Shown: positions 52,601 to 59,784 of the stretch, one piece after another | How positions within the stretch are numbered: position 1 is the stretch's first letter | Layout: the number at the start of each line of letters is the position of its first letter | Virus record (IMG/VR): IMGVR_UViG_3300033153_003999 | Location: 1 to 63,536 of that record | Direction: 5' to 3' (one strand) | DNA length: 63,536 bases | DNA from: a virus | Lineage: Duplodnaviria; Caudoviricetes | Made by a program: the position numbers and the translations under genes | Notes under the pieces: model-generated | Database searches by the model: none | The model's input: the letters and a program-made list of their open reading frames with translations, nothing else | Told to the model about the DNA's origin: nothing

Positions 52601-52921
52601 GATAAGATTGGCCGTTCCGTCAGAGGTGGCCGGGACATGATGGGCCGCCCCTACAGCTTGCCACAGGCCGGCCTGTCATCATTTGGCATTAAAGTGCAGC
52701 CGCACGATGTCCAGATGGGTCTCCAGTTCCATGGCCGTCGCTACAAGAAGGAAGAGTCTGCGCTCGATTTCCAGATGCGGAGGGCTAGTGGCGACCGCGA
52801 TCGCGGGATCATTAGCGAGAATGAGTACCTGAAAATTAAGAACTCGAACGAGAAGAAGCGCCAGCGCTTAATGCGGCGTGCAGCTAAGACCTTTGGTCAG
52901 GGCGCTGTTGCCAATGATTGA
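40652..52921 (+). CDS. giant polyvalent DarB-like ejection protein (4089 aa): GGDEF-like, InPase-like, N6-adenine methyltransferase, SNF2 helicase, helical C-terminus
   Basis: RLHGDEF; PTEAQKEAGNY.KG..HYGYI..GADGDHVD; LEPSMGTG and GNPPF; DHVVGAGKT, VDESH, TGTP, QREGRIVRQGN. Confidence 0.92.
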   Translation: MAQDPWAVVTDEGQDDPWAVVVEEKPAAEPLSLSFDQGEAVTPAGEEKVPFGVVPTGYKEEVPYLPSGETIGKVISTEGDPIGTTIQKSLTQIPPLLQATAGGQLQALGEDVPDIERLTAIDVAGDGDEFEIPDYLQDKPSVDAAELLRETGRKTYMAGMKEAGRRAPNVPEGSFKKYVADVTVATGLMLPSLAAGVVTKNPNVALAVMYPQVAGQEYGRQRAEGQDRDVAHARALVISLSEIVTEKLPFDQFIKGKGKNILGRIFKAIGLEGGQEYVQAGVEVLVDEGLLEWDMPAAEALSKIGQLLADPENQKKMLYQALVGAGMGGVLGTPAAIAQGFQKPGEAIPDDVEPIPGFKAEDLFGAVEEEEVAPAPELEAPVDEWAEEEPPAPEEDYTEPEPSYGIPEPEAVAPPEPEIVEPAAEERAPTIKPWKGRKRYGMQPVDARYDDLLAVAAKSGGINIDAATSEGIDPAILRDRLGGGKMPVFRKEGGMTIDSLAEKLEELGFIDERDANAALDVLTDAVTKEAAGERVYSNQVDADMLAETRKEPTPEEEAFEPTDVKQDLDDLMEQAQEAATTQEQELRLERILSRDIETPDAEMQQALADFIDETRTLAPKASTTAIPEQESRRRNIAYRKDLEQLTPDEMREAVAKLREDATRDPMTGARSFSAFEDDADLGWEYVGAADMDGMGWYNDNWGHQATNDLLKSVADAMNTVETEQVRFYRLHGDEFAVRATSEEFARSALEEVQKLLASSPVEVSGLNEKGERQTFKTEGLGITYGVAKSYEEADSEANEWKQKRQQRGKRAAKGKEPVGLGKKPAAVEKRPREGIPTEEGVADTEITKQVDAKKKKKVVSRPAQRKAKVYQPISDGVLTHTKLFGDSSGAKSLKSQSFKSLKRDEQHVVLTKMRAAFNDDKIFRAVINTIPVDMMNVLIGKKWSTKDLLHNKSMLTNRLTVSRNVPITKSIISVIDELSAAIEGRPTQAVTKKPSLRGRPSLVELPGDRGAAVKAISGDIWHGKIAGQEVEVDLNPTEAQKEAGNYSKGAISIQGLDITIENPKGSRRRPEWPELTAHYGYIKRTEGADGDHVDVFLGDNAETAGTLFIIDQNDPKTGKFDEHKVVIGPFNEVDAVNLYNSNYEKGWRGAEAVNELDIADFKVWLEKGDTTKPFADQANAAWSQEKPTKYDKYADELKTLIRVEGIKEAALALIKSGKDPRTMTKPKALSDSLNNQSVLSYVFEQSEKAIETELDKVEKKEGKAFADEMQRHVVATFLESTEPTMLSGENLRLLVKEYEAALVKIDLVEPEVIAKPEAVAPEGSEEIYTRIRAYNEKDFQQERVENLRLMAKALGFSKVSTKPKQDLIKELTIWRDASAISKLPIPGDITLIQEDQETIAGEAITLVTVPEGTKPETVEKLEIISRHFGGTGYTESKAVKGSTEKGLRFRDRTGLDNFLDYVETAHEPTELERPSPRPLEGAPAEKVQGVAPERGARGVTERGRDRDRARDERADERGPGRVGGVGAGQAELSLPVARADTGHDYVITAEDSLGAGGAKTKAAANIEAIRLLKQIEVEQRQATPEEQAALVKYVGWGGIPQIFDKDNTGWANEYFELKNTLTSEEYAAARRSTQDAHYTSPTVVKGIFDALHRFGFKHGRILEPSMGTGNFFGMMPVEVRGKSKMTGVELDHITGGIAKLLYPTYDIHSPKGFQEVDVPEGYFDIAIGNPPFGSQKVFDAKHKDISEFSIHNYFFAKSLLSVRRGGVIAMVVSNSLLDKFGGAQRAWLAERARFLGAIRLPNNAFKKNAGTEVTTDIIFLQRKASIGAPTKGKSWADINDTVSDPATGKPIPMNEYFVARPEMMLGEMTLGGTMYRGEMAALIAPEGQNLEKALADAVKNLPEFIYEESHGRVAEITEADSVMPLDEIKVYSYFVNEKGEVSRRLPDQMDKAQMEVMDLSPTVSARMKGLVKLRDLVRRQMHDEMSVDATEKNLDGFRMRLNLEYDRFTKKYGAIHAEGNKRAFRDDPDYGLLQALEVDYDKGISKAVAKKSGVEAVKPSWKKADIFTKRVLVPYKPVDSAETAEDALLVTLAEKGFVDIEHMAKLTGQEEVDLVAELKGIIFNDPELGWTTADDYLSGNVKHKLKIAREAGLSDYAEALEKVQPEDTEAIDIDASMGAPWVPAADVKAFVKELLDVDAALSYQPTVGAWFAKIPTAYGVAGTEVWGTPKANASYLIEQALKGKNVVVRDKVKGPDGDISVINQPKTAAAQLKMKEIKREFADWLWHDQARRTRLAKYYNDTYNTNRVREFKDPGLQFPGMNPAITLRPHQRDLVWRIIQEGRGLLDHVVGAGKTFAAIAAVMEMRRMGLVRKPIITVPNHLVTQWAGDFHQLYPGAKILAATKKDFQKANRQRLFARITTGDWDAIIVAHSSFERVPVPPEFEAELLKQQITDIDAAMTSLKEETGDRISVKQLEKQKDRVKEKMERAAKGKEKDTGVNFAEMGIDQLIVDESHVFKNLFFSTSKTRVAGIGDGTGSQRAFDMFVKNRYLQKLNNGKGTIFLTGTPISNTIAEMYTVQRYLQYDELASRGLAHFDAWANVFGNVVSGWELDATGVNYKMNSRFAEFVNMPELMTLYRSVADVVNQEDLKRQAKAAGNVWPVPDIKGGKPESVIAPRSDYQTRYMMDIVHRAENMPTDSSIDNMLKVTNDARKMALDMRLIDPVAEDFPDSKVNKAVDRVYDIYKKWDSRKGTQLIFSDLSTPKGAKKVVVITGEEVETEGLSMDDILAAGSKFDVYNDIKAKLIKKGIPEAQIRFIHDANTDLQKDQLFKDMNTGKARVLIGSTEKMGTGTNVQRRLVALHHLDAPWRPSDIEQREGRIVRQGNEFFMQALEAGDPSSFEVEVLRYATERTYDARMWQTLEVKAKFIEQLRKGDTSLRKVEDVAGEAANFADLKAAATGNPLILEQVKLAAQVQKYDQLNTQHKRKIMRLQDTVSRLADFDSRFDADLANVQADIKTRDDNTAKDFDDKGFVVTIKGKKVTDKAEAAKRLEVEAVKFIKVAPIMMHVGTYRGFPMEFEKGVFGFKVLLDGKGHDYVSSYKVTDKISGSGMLTRLNNRLDEIDKREDWLKDRRDQEAINYKKAQAEVEKPFSEQAEMDRVNKQFGYVMAELERMKDPKYDPQDMETVLEGKVPEKPEGPILYANPLPLIVKEMWKQAKKGQPLERFMRIPFHIIGHIDPKGVWHAPLSIQKAAGAARGAIDAAAKATGEKIPWLAHQVENARVGLIDRYGLPEDYKKRDIERETQERELLITARDFIQEMERRGMDAREAEVFHSMVTGEDIPSEKWNDLSDEIRLAIDEMGREAVHLGLISEESYQKNKGAYLHRVYLKHEGGGGKLMRWAHGLETVKRKKFIGNELKGRGIDMEVTMEKLLTLMPQDWWGRKMQKEEADAALRGMKFHVFDRLSKPKGETKRKIVERVYWPSTKPVPIRFDAWESRGEYEVRSVGKKVRLWRDFTKAERESMGEILDARYTIGKTFMLMSHDLAVGRFYRDIALNEAWSRKDPPPPMDDGHPSWTTPRHRNATYTDVEWVLVPSDKIPGAAAAKWGGMAGMYVRKEIWMDLNQLDIMNTPAFWRRLMTMWKVNKTARSPVVHMNNVMSNFVFMDMADIRFRDLVKGLREYVKKGKHYEDVKLHGGFGGSFADQELRREVLEPILRDLLKSMEGELVAGDQGPRNAMGVMWKFLDDAYRMLRKVDNKFIDLYQLEDEVFRMATYMRRIDLGDIPSEAAITARDQFLNYDIRAPWVNTARSTVLPFIGYTYRAVPVIAKSLAQRPWKLAKYATVAWMANYLGYMFAPGDEDEERRSMREEVAGRTWLGTYRMIRMPYRDAYGNPVFLDVRRWIPAGDIFDTNQGQVSFIPAPLQFGGPLMIAAEFHLNKVAFTGREIVNPDVDSGMEQAANYADWLWKSWMPSAPWVPGGWYWDKIGRSVRGGRDMMGRPYSLPQAGLSSFGIKVQPHDVQMGLQFHGRRYKKEESALDFQMRRASGDRDRGIISENEYLKIKNSNEKKRQRLMRRAAKTFGQGAVAND
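43229..43717 (-). CDS. HNH homing endonuclease nested antisense in the giant ORF
   Basis: CLNCG..FCNRLC; EHRLVMEEILGRPL.P.EDVHHING...DNSPENL..H...H; C-terminal HTH. Confidence 0.88.
   Translation of the reverse strand: MPNITANCLNCGTPVTRKLNKARAATQTRFFCNRLCRSTFDRGRKLIDDADYGLRYRYVTRDGKPIGEHRLVMEEILGRPLLPDEDVHHINGNGIDNSPENLVVVKRSSHLREHHMLFVPLERLKTLRLQGLSTRAIAKELGVSKNTITNRLVDLGFPLCRP
45048..45290 (+). CDS. overprinted +1-frame gene, TnpV-like small helical protein (80 aa)
   Basis: GGAGAC RBS before ATG; ARDHWKEHLPKRYKALLQKGALEASL...EAWEQVR..YL. Confidence 0.65.
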   Translation: MNLQNWKDQARDHWKEHLPKRYKALLQKGALEASLNEAVIATEREMNALTNAGQEEWEAWEQVRQSYLFLSPEQTPATTT

Positions 52922-53125
52922 CATTATGACGGTGGTGGTGGCGAGGGCGAGGATCATGGCAACGCCTTCGTAGGCCAGTCGCCGGTTGTGGTGCTCGGGG
53001 CCGGCATACCGGTGCCCGATCAATTTGCTCAACGACAGGAACACGATCAGGCCGACGCCGGCAGAGGGAATTATAATTATCGCCGTCTGGGTAAACTCAA
53101 GAACAGATATGCTGAAGTTGCTCAT
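52868..53125 (-). CDS. small two-TM membrane protein
   Basis: Two hydrophobic segments; converges on the giant gene. Confidence 0.45.
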   Translation of the reverse strand: MSNFSISVLEFTQTAIIIIPSAGVGLIVFLSLSKLIGHRYAGPEHHNRRLAYEGVAMILALATTTVIMSIIGNSALTKGLSCTPH

Positions 53126-53183
53126 TGTGCTGCAATTCATCCACTAATATTAAAAGAAAGGGGCGCGCTTGCCCCCACGAAAT

Positions 53184-53426
53184 TTACTTTGTAACCTGTT
53201 CTTTTCTCTCGGCTTCTGCTTTTCTCGCCTCTTCCACTTCCTCGTCAGTGTAGATATAACGGTGCACTGGCGCCTCGCCTTCTGCTTCCCTGCCAAACGA
53301 AACCATCCAGGCCGGCACATCATCGAAATTGCTGTAGGCCTCCTTCACCAGCGTTGCCTCGCCTTCAATAATGACGTTGCCGTTAAGGTCTTGGTTCAAG
53401 ATTGTTTTCTTGTCGCCTGCTTTCAT
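53184..53426 (-). CDS. hypothetical protein
   Basis: GAGGAGAC RBS. Confidence 0.7.
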   Translation of the reverse strand: MKAGDKKTILNQDLNGNVIIEGEATLVKEAYSNFDDVPAWMVSFGREAEGEAPVHRYIYTDEEVEEARKAEAERKEQVTK

Positions 53427-53559
53427 AGCTGTCTCCTCGTTGTTGGAATCCCCATTGTACCAAACGGCTTTTTGAGAATTTCAAAATCTCCCTATGGCTA
53501 TAGCGTTTGCGGAAAGCCGGGCATTGATTTCATTAAGAAAAGAAAATGCTTGGCGGGAT

Positions 53560-53772
53560 TTACGGCATTGAGAGCACGCCCATTACGAGAGCGCCATTCC
53601 ACTTGGAGTGAACCTTCCCGTCCTTGATAACCTCGAACCATGGAACGCCGGCCATTTGTCCGTTTTCCATGACGACAACGATCATGTCGCAAGTTTTGCC
53701 GGCCTCAAGCTCCCCGCCGTCCGGAAAGACTACTGCCTTCACTAAATCGCCTTCTTTAAATCTTTCGTGCAT
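53560..53772 (-). CDS. hypothetical protein
   Basis: GGAGGAG RBS before MHERF; ENGQMAGVPWF. Confidence 0.65.
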   Translation of the reverse strand: MHERFKEGDLVKAVVFPDGGELEAGKTCDMIVVVMENGQMAGVPWFEVIKDGKVHSKWNGALVMGVLSMP

Positions 53773-54004
53773 AACTCCTCCTACCAGATCCGGTGCTTGT
53801 ACATGTAAACCCATGGCCGTGGCGGCCATGGATGGCCCAGCGTCAGCAGCTCGTCTTTGACGTTGACCAGCTCTTCCCGGATCCTGTTCATAAACGGATC
53901 GGGATCGTTGATGTCGGTGCCGCGCTCGATAGCGGTATCGATCAAATAGAGAAATAATTTGCGATACCGCCATGTGAGCTTGGATGTGGCTGGATCGATG
54001 CCTG

Positions 54005-54655
54005 TCACCTGATGACGGCTTGCTCGTCATTCCAGATTTTAATGCCGGGGATCTCGCGCACGCCGCTCTTGATCGCAGCCTTTACGGCAGACTCATTTAC
54101 CATGAGGTATTTACTCGGTATGAGATCCGGATCCAAGACTTCATGCACCCAGTTTGCCCGCATGGAAGTCGAAGACCCAAGGCCTCCTCGAGCAATCGTC
54201 TTTTCCTGCGGTTTGCTCGTAACTTCGGCAGCCGTCTCAAGAATGGCGTTAGCCGTAGCGTCGTCGCCCTTGTCCTCAGCCTTCGTGGCCGCATCCAGGG
54301 CAATTTTCTCCGCCTTGCGAGTTTCCTCAGCAGCTTCTTCTTCCTTGCGTTTTTTCTCTGCTCTAAGGAAGGTCGAGATCTTCTCTTTAATGAGGGCTTT
54401 GGCTTTTTCAAGGGGAGCGCTCCTTTCTTTGAACATGGTGTTCAGGCGCGTGACCTGACCGTTCAGCGGCTTGACCCAACTCTTCCGTTCTTCCTCCAGC
54501 TTTTTAAGCTGGGTTTGGATCAGCTTGCCAAGATCGCCGGCCTTCTCGCAGATCTCCATGGTGCCGATCTCGGCCTTGCCTGATTGGGTGACCAGACTTT
54601 TAATCTTTTCGTCGAAGCCGGCCAGCTTCTCGATTACTGCAATTTCATTTTCCAT
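54005..54655 (-). CDS. Gp157-like coiled-coil protein
   Basis: C-terminal IPSKYL.VNESAVKAAIKSGVREIPG; AAGGAG RBS. Confidence 0.65.
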   Translation of the reverse strand: MENEIAVIEKLAGFDEKIKSLVTQSGKAEIGTMEICEKAGDLGKLIQTQLKKLEEERKSWVKPLNGQVTRLNTMFKERSAPLEKAKALIKEKISTFLRAEKKRKEEEAAEETRKAEKIALDAATKAEDKGDDATANAILETAAEVTSKPQEKTIARGGLGSSTSMRANWVHEVLDPDLIPSKYLMVNESAVKAAIKSGVREIPGIKIWNDEQAVIR

Positions 54656-54871
54656 CGTGCTCTCCTTATCCCCAGACAAGATCGTCGGGATTGGTTGATT
54701 GAACTGTTCGGCCCTTGCAATACAAGACCATTACCGAGGTCACTCTGATTTCCACGATAACGCCTTGCTCACAATCTTCATGGCCGGCGTTGCCATTCGC
54801 GTGGCTCGGAACATAGGTGACAGGATCGAGATAATGCTTATCGATATTCAGCGTAGTGTTTTGTATGTCCA

Positions 54872-55540
54872 TCAGAATAGCTCCGGTACTTTGTCGCTGT
54901 TGAGGTCGAATCGCTCCCCGCTCTCCAACATGCCGAGGAACATCGTTATCTTGCTTTCCATTTCATGGATATAGACCGGGTCTGCCTTGACCGGGATCAC
55001 GACAATGCGCTTGTCTGGATCCGGGTAACGTCGGTCGAACGAAACGAAGTCACACTCATGCGACATCGTTATCATGTTGCCGAACTGCATCTGTGGCTGG
55101 TAATCCTTTACGCCCTGTCTGTAGAGCACGTTGGCGCCATGGTTTACTGTACGGTACGGGCATTTGATCTCCACCAGCCTGCCATATTGCGGCAGGGGCC
55201 AGCGCCCGTCAGGACTGTAACCGCAGCCTGGGTAAGCCGAGTTGGTGATAAATGCTGGCGTATCGAGTTCGATGTTGTACATCAGCTCGTAGGTAGCTTT
55301 CGCTATCGGCTCGTATTTGCGCCCCCAGCTGAGAGAAGCCGCGTCTATCTGTTTGGCGGCAAGCTCGGCGCCGGTCATGGTCTTTTCCTTCGCCAGCTTG
55401 TTGAGCATGGTATTCCATGCGCGAGGGCCACCATTGACCACTGTCGCTACACGGGATCCGGTAATGAGACCGCGACGGGCCTCGAACCATTCTTCGTCGA
55501 GTTGTTTCATTTTTTCCTCGGATAGTATCGCCGGCCACAC
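54872..55540 (-). CDS. YqaJ/lambda-exonuclease family protein
   Basis: EEWFEARRGLITGS, WG..YEP.A, YSPDG, EIKCP, YQPQMQ. Confidence 0.92.
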   Translation of the reverse strand: MWPAILSEEKMKQLDEEWFEARRGLITGSRVATVVNGGPRAWNTMLNKLAKEKTMTGAELAAKQIDAASLSWGRKYEPIAKATYELMYNIELDTPAFITNSAYPGCGYSPDGRWPLPQYGRLVEIKCPYRTVNHGANVLYRQGVKDYQPQMQFGNMITMSHECDFVSFDRRYPDPDKRIVVIPVKADPVYIHEMESKITMFLGMLESGERFDLNSDKVPELF

Positions 55541-55841
55541 TTAGTGCAGTAATAGCGTGGGGGCTTCCCTCTTCGGTATCGTGGCTTAAATACATGTTTT
55601 TTCATTTTCTGTTCCACCGTTTCAATGAACCATATTTAGGTAATAATTTACCGTCTGATTGATAAACAGACTTTCTGTTAATAGTTTTTACCTCAACCCA
55701 CCCAGCAGGTATTGGTTCGTCTGGATGAAGTCTCATTAAATACTTATATCCTTCAAGAGAAGATTTATGCTTCCCCCCTTCTTTTGCAATCAACTTATAC
55801 ATAAAAGGATCTCTTGAACACATGGCTATCCAATCCTTGAG

Positions 55842-57464
55842 TTATGGGAAAAGGCTCTCGCTGGCAACAATGTTATTTCTGTTTACCCTGATTAATTCTG
55901 GTTTTTTCAGGTCGCCAAGGTAGGTTGTAAACGTCCCGCTGGTGACGGATATATTTGCCGCATCAGCTATCTCGTTTCGTGTGATTCCTTCCGGGCCAGC
56001 ATCAACGATGGCCTGCAACATACGGCAGGCGCCGGCTCGCAGTTTCCTTTTCCACTGGCTCATAATCTCGTCGTGCGTTGCTGGCTTGCTTGGAATATCG
56101 GATCCAAGATATTCAATGCCGGCGTCGTTTGTTGCTATGCCGGGGCCGCTCTCATACAGATAGCCAAGCGCGCGAATATCTCCCAGATAGGTTGTAAATG
56201 TTCCGGAAGTTGGGCTGATGTCGGCCAGCATGCCGAGCTGGTTGCGTGTCAAACTGTCTGGATAGGCTGCGGCCAGCTGTTGAAGCATGCGGCGCGCGCC
56301 TTTTCTAAGAGTGGTGTCAGTTACCACGCTTTCCCGTTTAACCTGTTTTTCTTCCTGCCCTGCTTTTTGCCGGTGTCTGGCAAGAACCCGCTCTACTTCG
56401 TTGATTAGTTTTTTGCTATCACCAGGAATTACCACCTTTTCCCGTTTGATCTTAGCCACGGCTTTGGCAATTCTTTTCTGGACTTCCTGCTCTGGTATAC
56501 CAGTCTTATCGGCCTTTCTGAGGGCTATTGTCAGATCGCGCCTGATCCTCGCGTTTTCTGTTTTGAGTTCGGCAAGGGATTTGGCCTCACGCTCCGCTTC
56601 TTTTGGGAGATCAGCCAGTTTTGCCAGCACCTTCTTGATTTTGGCAGAGGGCGCGGGAGGGGTTTCTATCAGGCGTTGACCGACTTTCGGGTGTCTGGTT
56701 ACGACCGGGCCGACAAGAATCCTGGTGACTTCCCGGGTAAAGGCTGGGCCAAAAACAAAAAACTCGCCTTCGTTGAAATTGCGTAAAGTTTGCGTGGCTT
56801 CTTTTGGTGACATGCCCAGCTCGTCGGCTGCTCGTTTTACGTCAATATCCAAGCCTGTGCGCCCAATCAGCTTGTTTATACACTCTGCGGCAACATCTTT
56901 GTGCAGCTTGGATAGTCTCTGAGTGGCCGTTATCAGGCATTGGCCGCGCTTGCGACCACGGGTGGCGACATCTATCACGGCGCCAGTGCTTTCAGATTTC
57001 CCCTTCTCCGGGGCGTAGACATGGGCCTCGTCGAGGATAATGCAGACCGGGCGCCATAATTTTTTGGGGGCGTTCACCAGGGCGTCGAGGAAAAGCCTGA
57101 CAAATGCTTGCCGCTCGTGGGCTTTGAGATCATAAATATCAAGGACTGCCGAGACGCCGGTTTCCAGTAGACGCTTTGCCAGCATGGCCGCCGTTCTCGG
57201 GTGCGCCAGGGCGTCGCCATCGTGCTGGGAGCAAATTACGAAGTCGTATTTCTCGCGCAGTGTGCTGAATTCTCCCTCTGGATCTATAACCAATACCTGC
57301 ACATGATTTACTATCTGCTCGATAATCCGGCGCAATGTCCAGGACTTGCCGCCACCAGAGTTAGCCTGAATCAATAGACGTGTTTCCAGTAGGCGCGGTA
57401 TATCGATAGATACTTTTATCTTTTCTTTTGCTGGCCCTACGGTACCTATGAATGGTTTAGTCAT
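55842..57464 (-). CDS. HerA/FtsK-like (DUF87) ATPase with tandem C-terminal winged helices
   Basis: ANSGGGKS, IDPEGEF, ILDEAH, RGRKRG, ATQR. Confidence 0.85.
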   Translation of the reverse strand: MTKPFIGTVGPAKEKIKVSIDIPRLLETRLLIQANSGGGKSWTLRRIIEQIVNHVQVLVIDPEGEFSTLREKYDFVICSQHDGDALAHPRTAAMLAKRLLETGVSAVLDIYDLKAHERQAFVRLFLDALVNAPKKLWRPVCIILDEAHVYAPEKGKSESTGAVIDVATRGRKRGQCLITATQRLSKLHKDVAAECINKLIGRTGLDIDVKRAADELGMSPKEATQTLRNFNEGEFFVFGPAFTREVTRILVGPVVTRHPKVGQRLIETPPAPSAKIKKVLAKLADLPKEAEREAKSLAELKTENARIRRDLTIALRKADKTGIPEQEVQKRIAKAVAKIKREKVVIPGDSKKLINEVERVLARHRQKAGQEEKQVKRESVVTDTTLRKGARRMLQQLAAAYPDSLTRNQLGMLADISPTSGTFTTYLGDIRALGYLYESGPGIATNDAGIEYLGSDIPSKPATHDEIMSQWKRKLRAGACRMLQAIVDAGPEGITRNEIADAANISVTSGTFTTYLGDLKKPELIRVNRNNIVASESLFP

Positions 57465-57742
57465 TTTGTCCCTTGTCTATTGCGGTTCTTAACCGCTATG
57501 TACGATATGTCTGATGCTGGGAACTTTCGTTCTTTTCCGGTTTTGGTGTTTGTTTCATGGACATATGTAGGATCGCACCACCAGCTTTCGCTATATCCGG
57601 TTATTTGTATAAGCAGGTTCCGGCCCCCGAGGGAAACCGACACGGTACTGTATATGGGATACTGCTCCTTGATCACAGACATTAAATGCTCTGCAGTGTC
57701 TTGGTGTTTCTTTTCGGCACGTTCGATTGTTTTATTCATCAC
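57461..57742 (-). CDS. hypothetical protein
   Basis: ATGA coupling at both ends. Confidence 0.6.
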   Translation of the reverse strand: MMNKTIERAEKKHQDTAEHLMSVIKEQYPIYSTVSVSLGGRNLLIQITGYSESWWCDPTYVHETNTKTGKERKFPASDISYIAVKNRNRQGTK

Positions 57743-58515
57743 TTCTCCCCTGGCATATGTGATAACAATGGTTGCTGGCTTTCTATCGCCTTAATGACGT
57801 TGTCCTCGTCACCAAAGAAAGTCTCAATCTTGTGCGCCATTTGGCAAATGTTCATCATCACGTTGTAGAAAAACTTGGCGGCCTCTTCGGTGTATGGCAT
57901 TTCCATGAAACTGTCTGGCAGGGATGCCCCTACAAGGCTGTTGAGCATTTCGCCATAGAGCCGATCATCGTCGAATTGTTGCGTCTCGTACTTGACGCTC
58001 TCGTATGATGCTCGCTTGTAGACAATCTTTTTGCGCACTTCGGCGTTGATCCCTATCGAGAAGTGACTGCTGGTATTAAAGTGGCTGCCGCGCCGAAGCG
58101 TGCCAATCCATTCGCTCTCGCCGCCGTTATAGTTTTTGGAGTAGTTCCCGTTTGGGAAAAGCTCGCCAGTAGCTTTGTTTCTGACGCACGCGTATTGAAC
58201 CTTATGGCTGTATGCGATAACGATTGACTCGGTGGTTTCACAATCCATGTGATCCTTCATGGCAGCACTGATAAATATTTCTATTTTTCTCAGGTCTTTG
58301 CTGGAGATCCGTTTCTTCATCTTCGTGTCGTTTCCCCAAACCTCTGACGTATCTATTTCCTTGTTTCTAAATCTTGCCACAACAGTGCTCCCTAGCTCGT
58401 CCGGGTATGACACACTAAAAACACCGTCATTTAATACCGTTACTTCTGACATGAACTCATAAAGCTCGCCGGCTTCGTTCCTGTGAGAAAACCCTTGCGA
58501 TTTTAGTTTTGGCAT
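57739..58515 (-). CDS. hypothetical protein
   Basis: 258-aa ORF coupled to recT. Confidence 0.7.
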   Translation of the reverse strand: MPKLKSQGFSHRNEAGELYEFMSEVTVLNDGVFSVSYPDELGSTVVARFRNKEIDTSEVWGNDTKMKKRISSKDLRKIEIFISAAMKDHMDCETTESIVIAYSHKVQYACVRNKATGELFPNGNYSKNYNGGESEWIGTLRRGSHFNTSSHFSIGINAEVRKKIVYKRASYESVKYETQQFDDDRLYGEMLNSLVGASLPDSFMEMPYTEEAAKFFYNVMMNICQMAHKIETFFGDEDNVIKAIESQQPLLSHMPGEK

Positions 58516-59552
58516 TATTGTTTCGCCAGACAGGAATCGCAGGTATCGACGCCCTGCTCCACTTCAACCGGGTTAACGCCGCAGAGGGTACACATACCGG
58601 GCGGGATCTCTGCCGGTGGCTCTTCTTGTTCTGCCTCAACGGCCGCGACCTCGGGCTTTGACTGGATTGTGATCGCGTCGTTGAGTCGGGCCACGCACTC
58701 GTCGTAATCAGTTTTTGCCAGATCCGACAGGCTCTCGATCTCGAAGGCGGACAGTATCTTGTCGGGAGCGACTCTGGCACGCAGCACCAGATCTGTGATG
58801 TTGTTGAGTTGCTCCTCGCCAATGACTTCCACGACATCGTCAGTGATGTCGTGCGTAATGCCTTCATGCTGGTTGAGCACGTCGATAGCCGTGTCCAGGC
58901 GGGGGCTGCCGCTCGAGCGCGGCCACAACTTGGCAGCGCGCTTGACCAGCGTTTTTTTCATCATCTGGATGGTGTGGTCTACCCACGGGCCGGCTTTCTT
59001 CCTTTTGTAGTACTCGGATTTGTCCCGGATCCGGTACAGCTCGTCAACGCCCATGCGGGTTGCCATCACGGATCCGTCCTGCAAGATGGCGACAACGTAA
59101 CCGCCCTTAATGCTGTCCACGCTGTCATCCCATGGATCGGCAACAGCGTGTTTGGGATAGGTGAAGCCGTCGATCCATTCAAAAGCGTCGGCCTCGCGCA
59201 CCATTTCCACAGTCAGCGTCTTGAGAACGCCGCTATCGGTAGCGAGCTTGTACAGTCCCTTGTATGAAATATCGAGACAGCACTTGCCGTCACGAGGTAC
59301 GAGGTAGGTCAGGGCTTCGGCTGGGTTGAGCGTGAGACCAATGGCAGCCACGTTGGTAATGGCGTCGATGATCGTCTCCTGCGGCATGCCGGCGAGATAA
59401 TCGTTTCCCCTCATTATCTGCATGGCGAAATTGGACTCTGTTCGCCAGTCAACGAGGTCGCCGCTCTTGTGCGCGATCTGTATAAATTTCGGTTCTGCCT
59501 GCTGGACAAGACCTGAAACCACAGCCATTTGATTACTGCTTGTTTTCGCCAT
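58515..59552 (-). CDS. recT: RecT-family single-strand annealing recombinase
   Basis: A.IGLTLNPA...YLVPR...LDISYKGL..LA; GPW....QMMKKTLVKRAAKLWP. Confidence 0.9.
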   Translation of the reverse strand: MAKTSSNQMAVVSGLVQQAEPKFIQIAHKSGDLVDWRTESNFAMQIMRGNDYLAGMPQETIIDAITNVAAIGLTLNPAEALTYLVPRDGKCCLDISYKGLYKLATDSGVLKTLTVEMVREADAFEWIDGFTYPKHAVADPWDDSVDSIKGGYVVAILQDGSVMATRMGVDELYRIRDKSEYYKRKKAGPWVDHTIQMMKKTLVKRAAKLWPRSSGSPRLDTAIDVLNQHEGITHDITDDVVEVIGEEQLNNITDLVLRARVAPDKILSAFEIESLSDLAKTDYDECVARLNDAITIQSKPEVAAVEAEQEEPPAEIPPGMCTLCGVNPVEVEQGVDTCDSCLAKQ

Positions 59553-59784
59553 TATCGTCTCCTCGATAGAATTAGTTTCGGGCGAAGGGAGATTCCCCTC
59601 CCAAGCGCCCTCCCGGCTTTGTTCAGCATCACGGCCTTGGCTTACCGTACCGGTATGGATCGTCTACCTTACTCCGATGGATTGTTCTTCGGAGCGTGCC
59701 AGCGTTCTGTGCCTACTCGTGTGTCCAGGCCGGGTCTTCCTCCGGCAAGGCAGATCTAACAACGACACACTTTCGGCAAATCGG

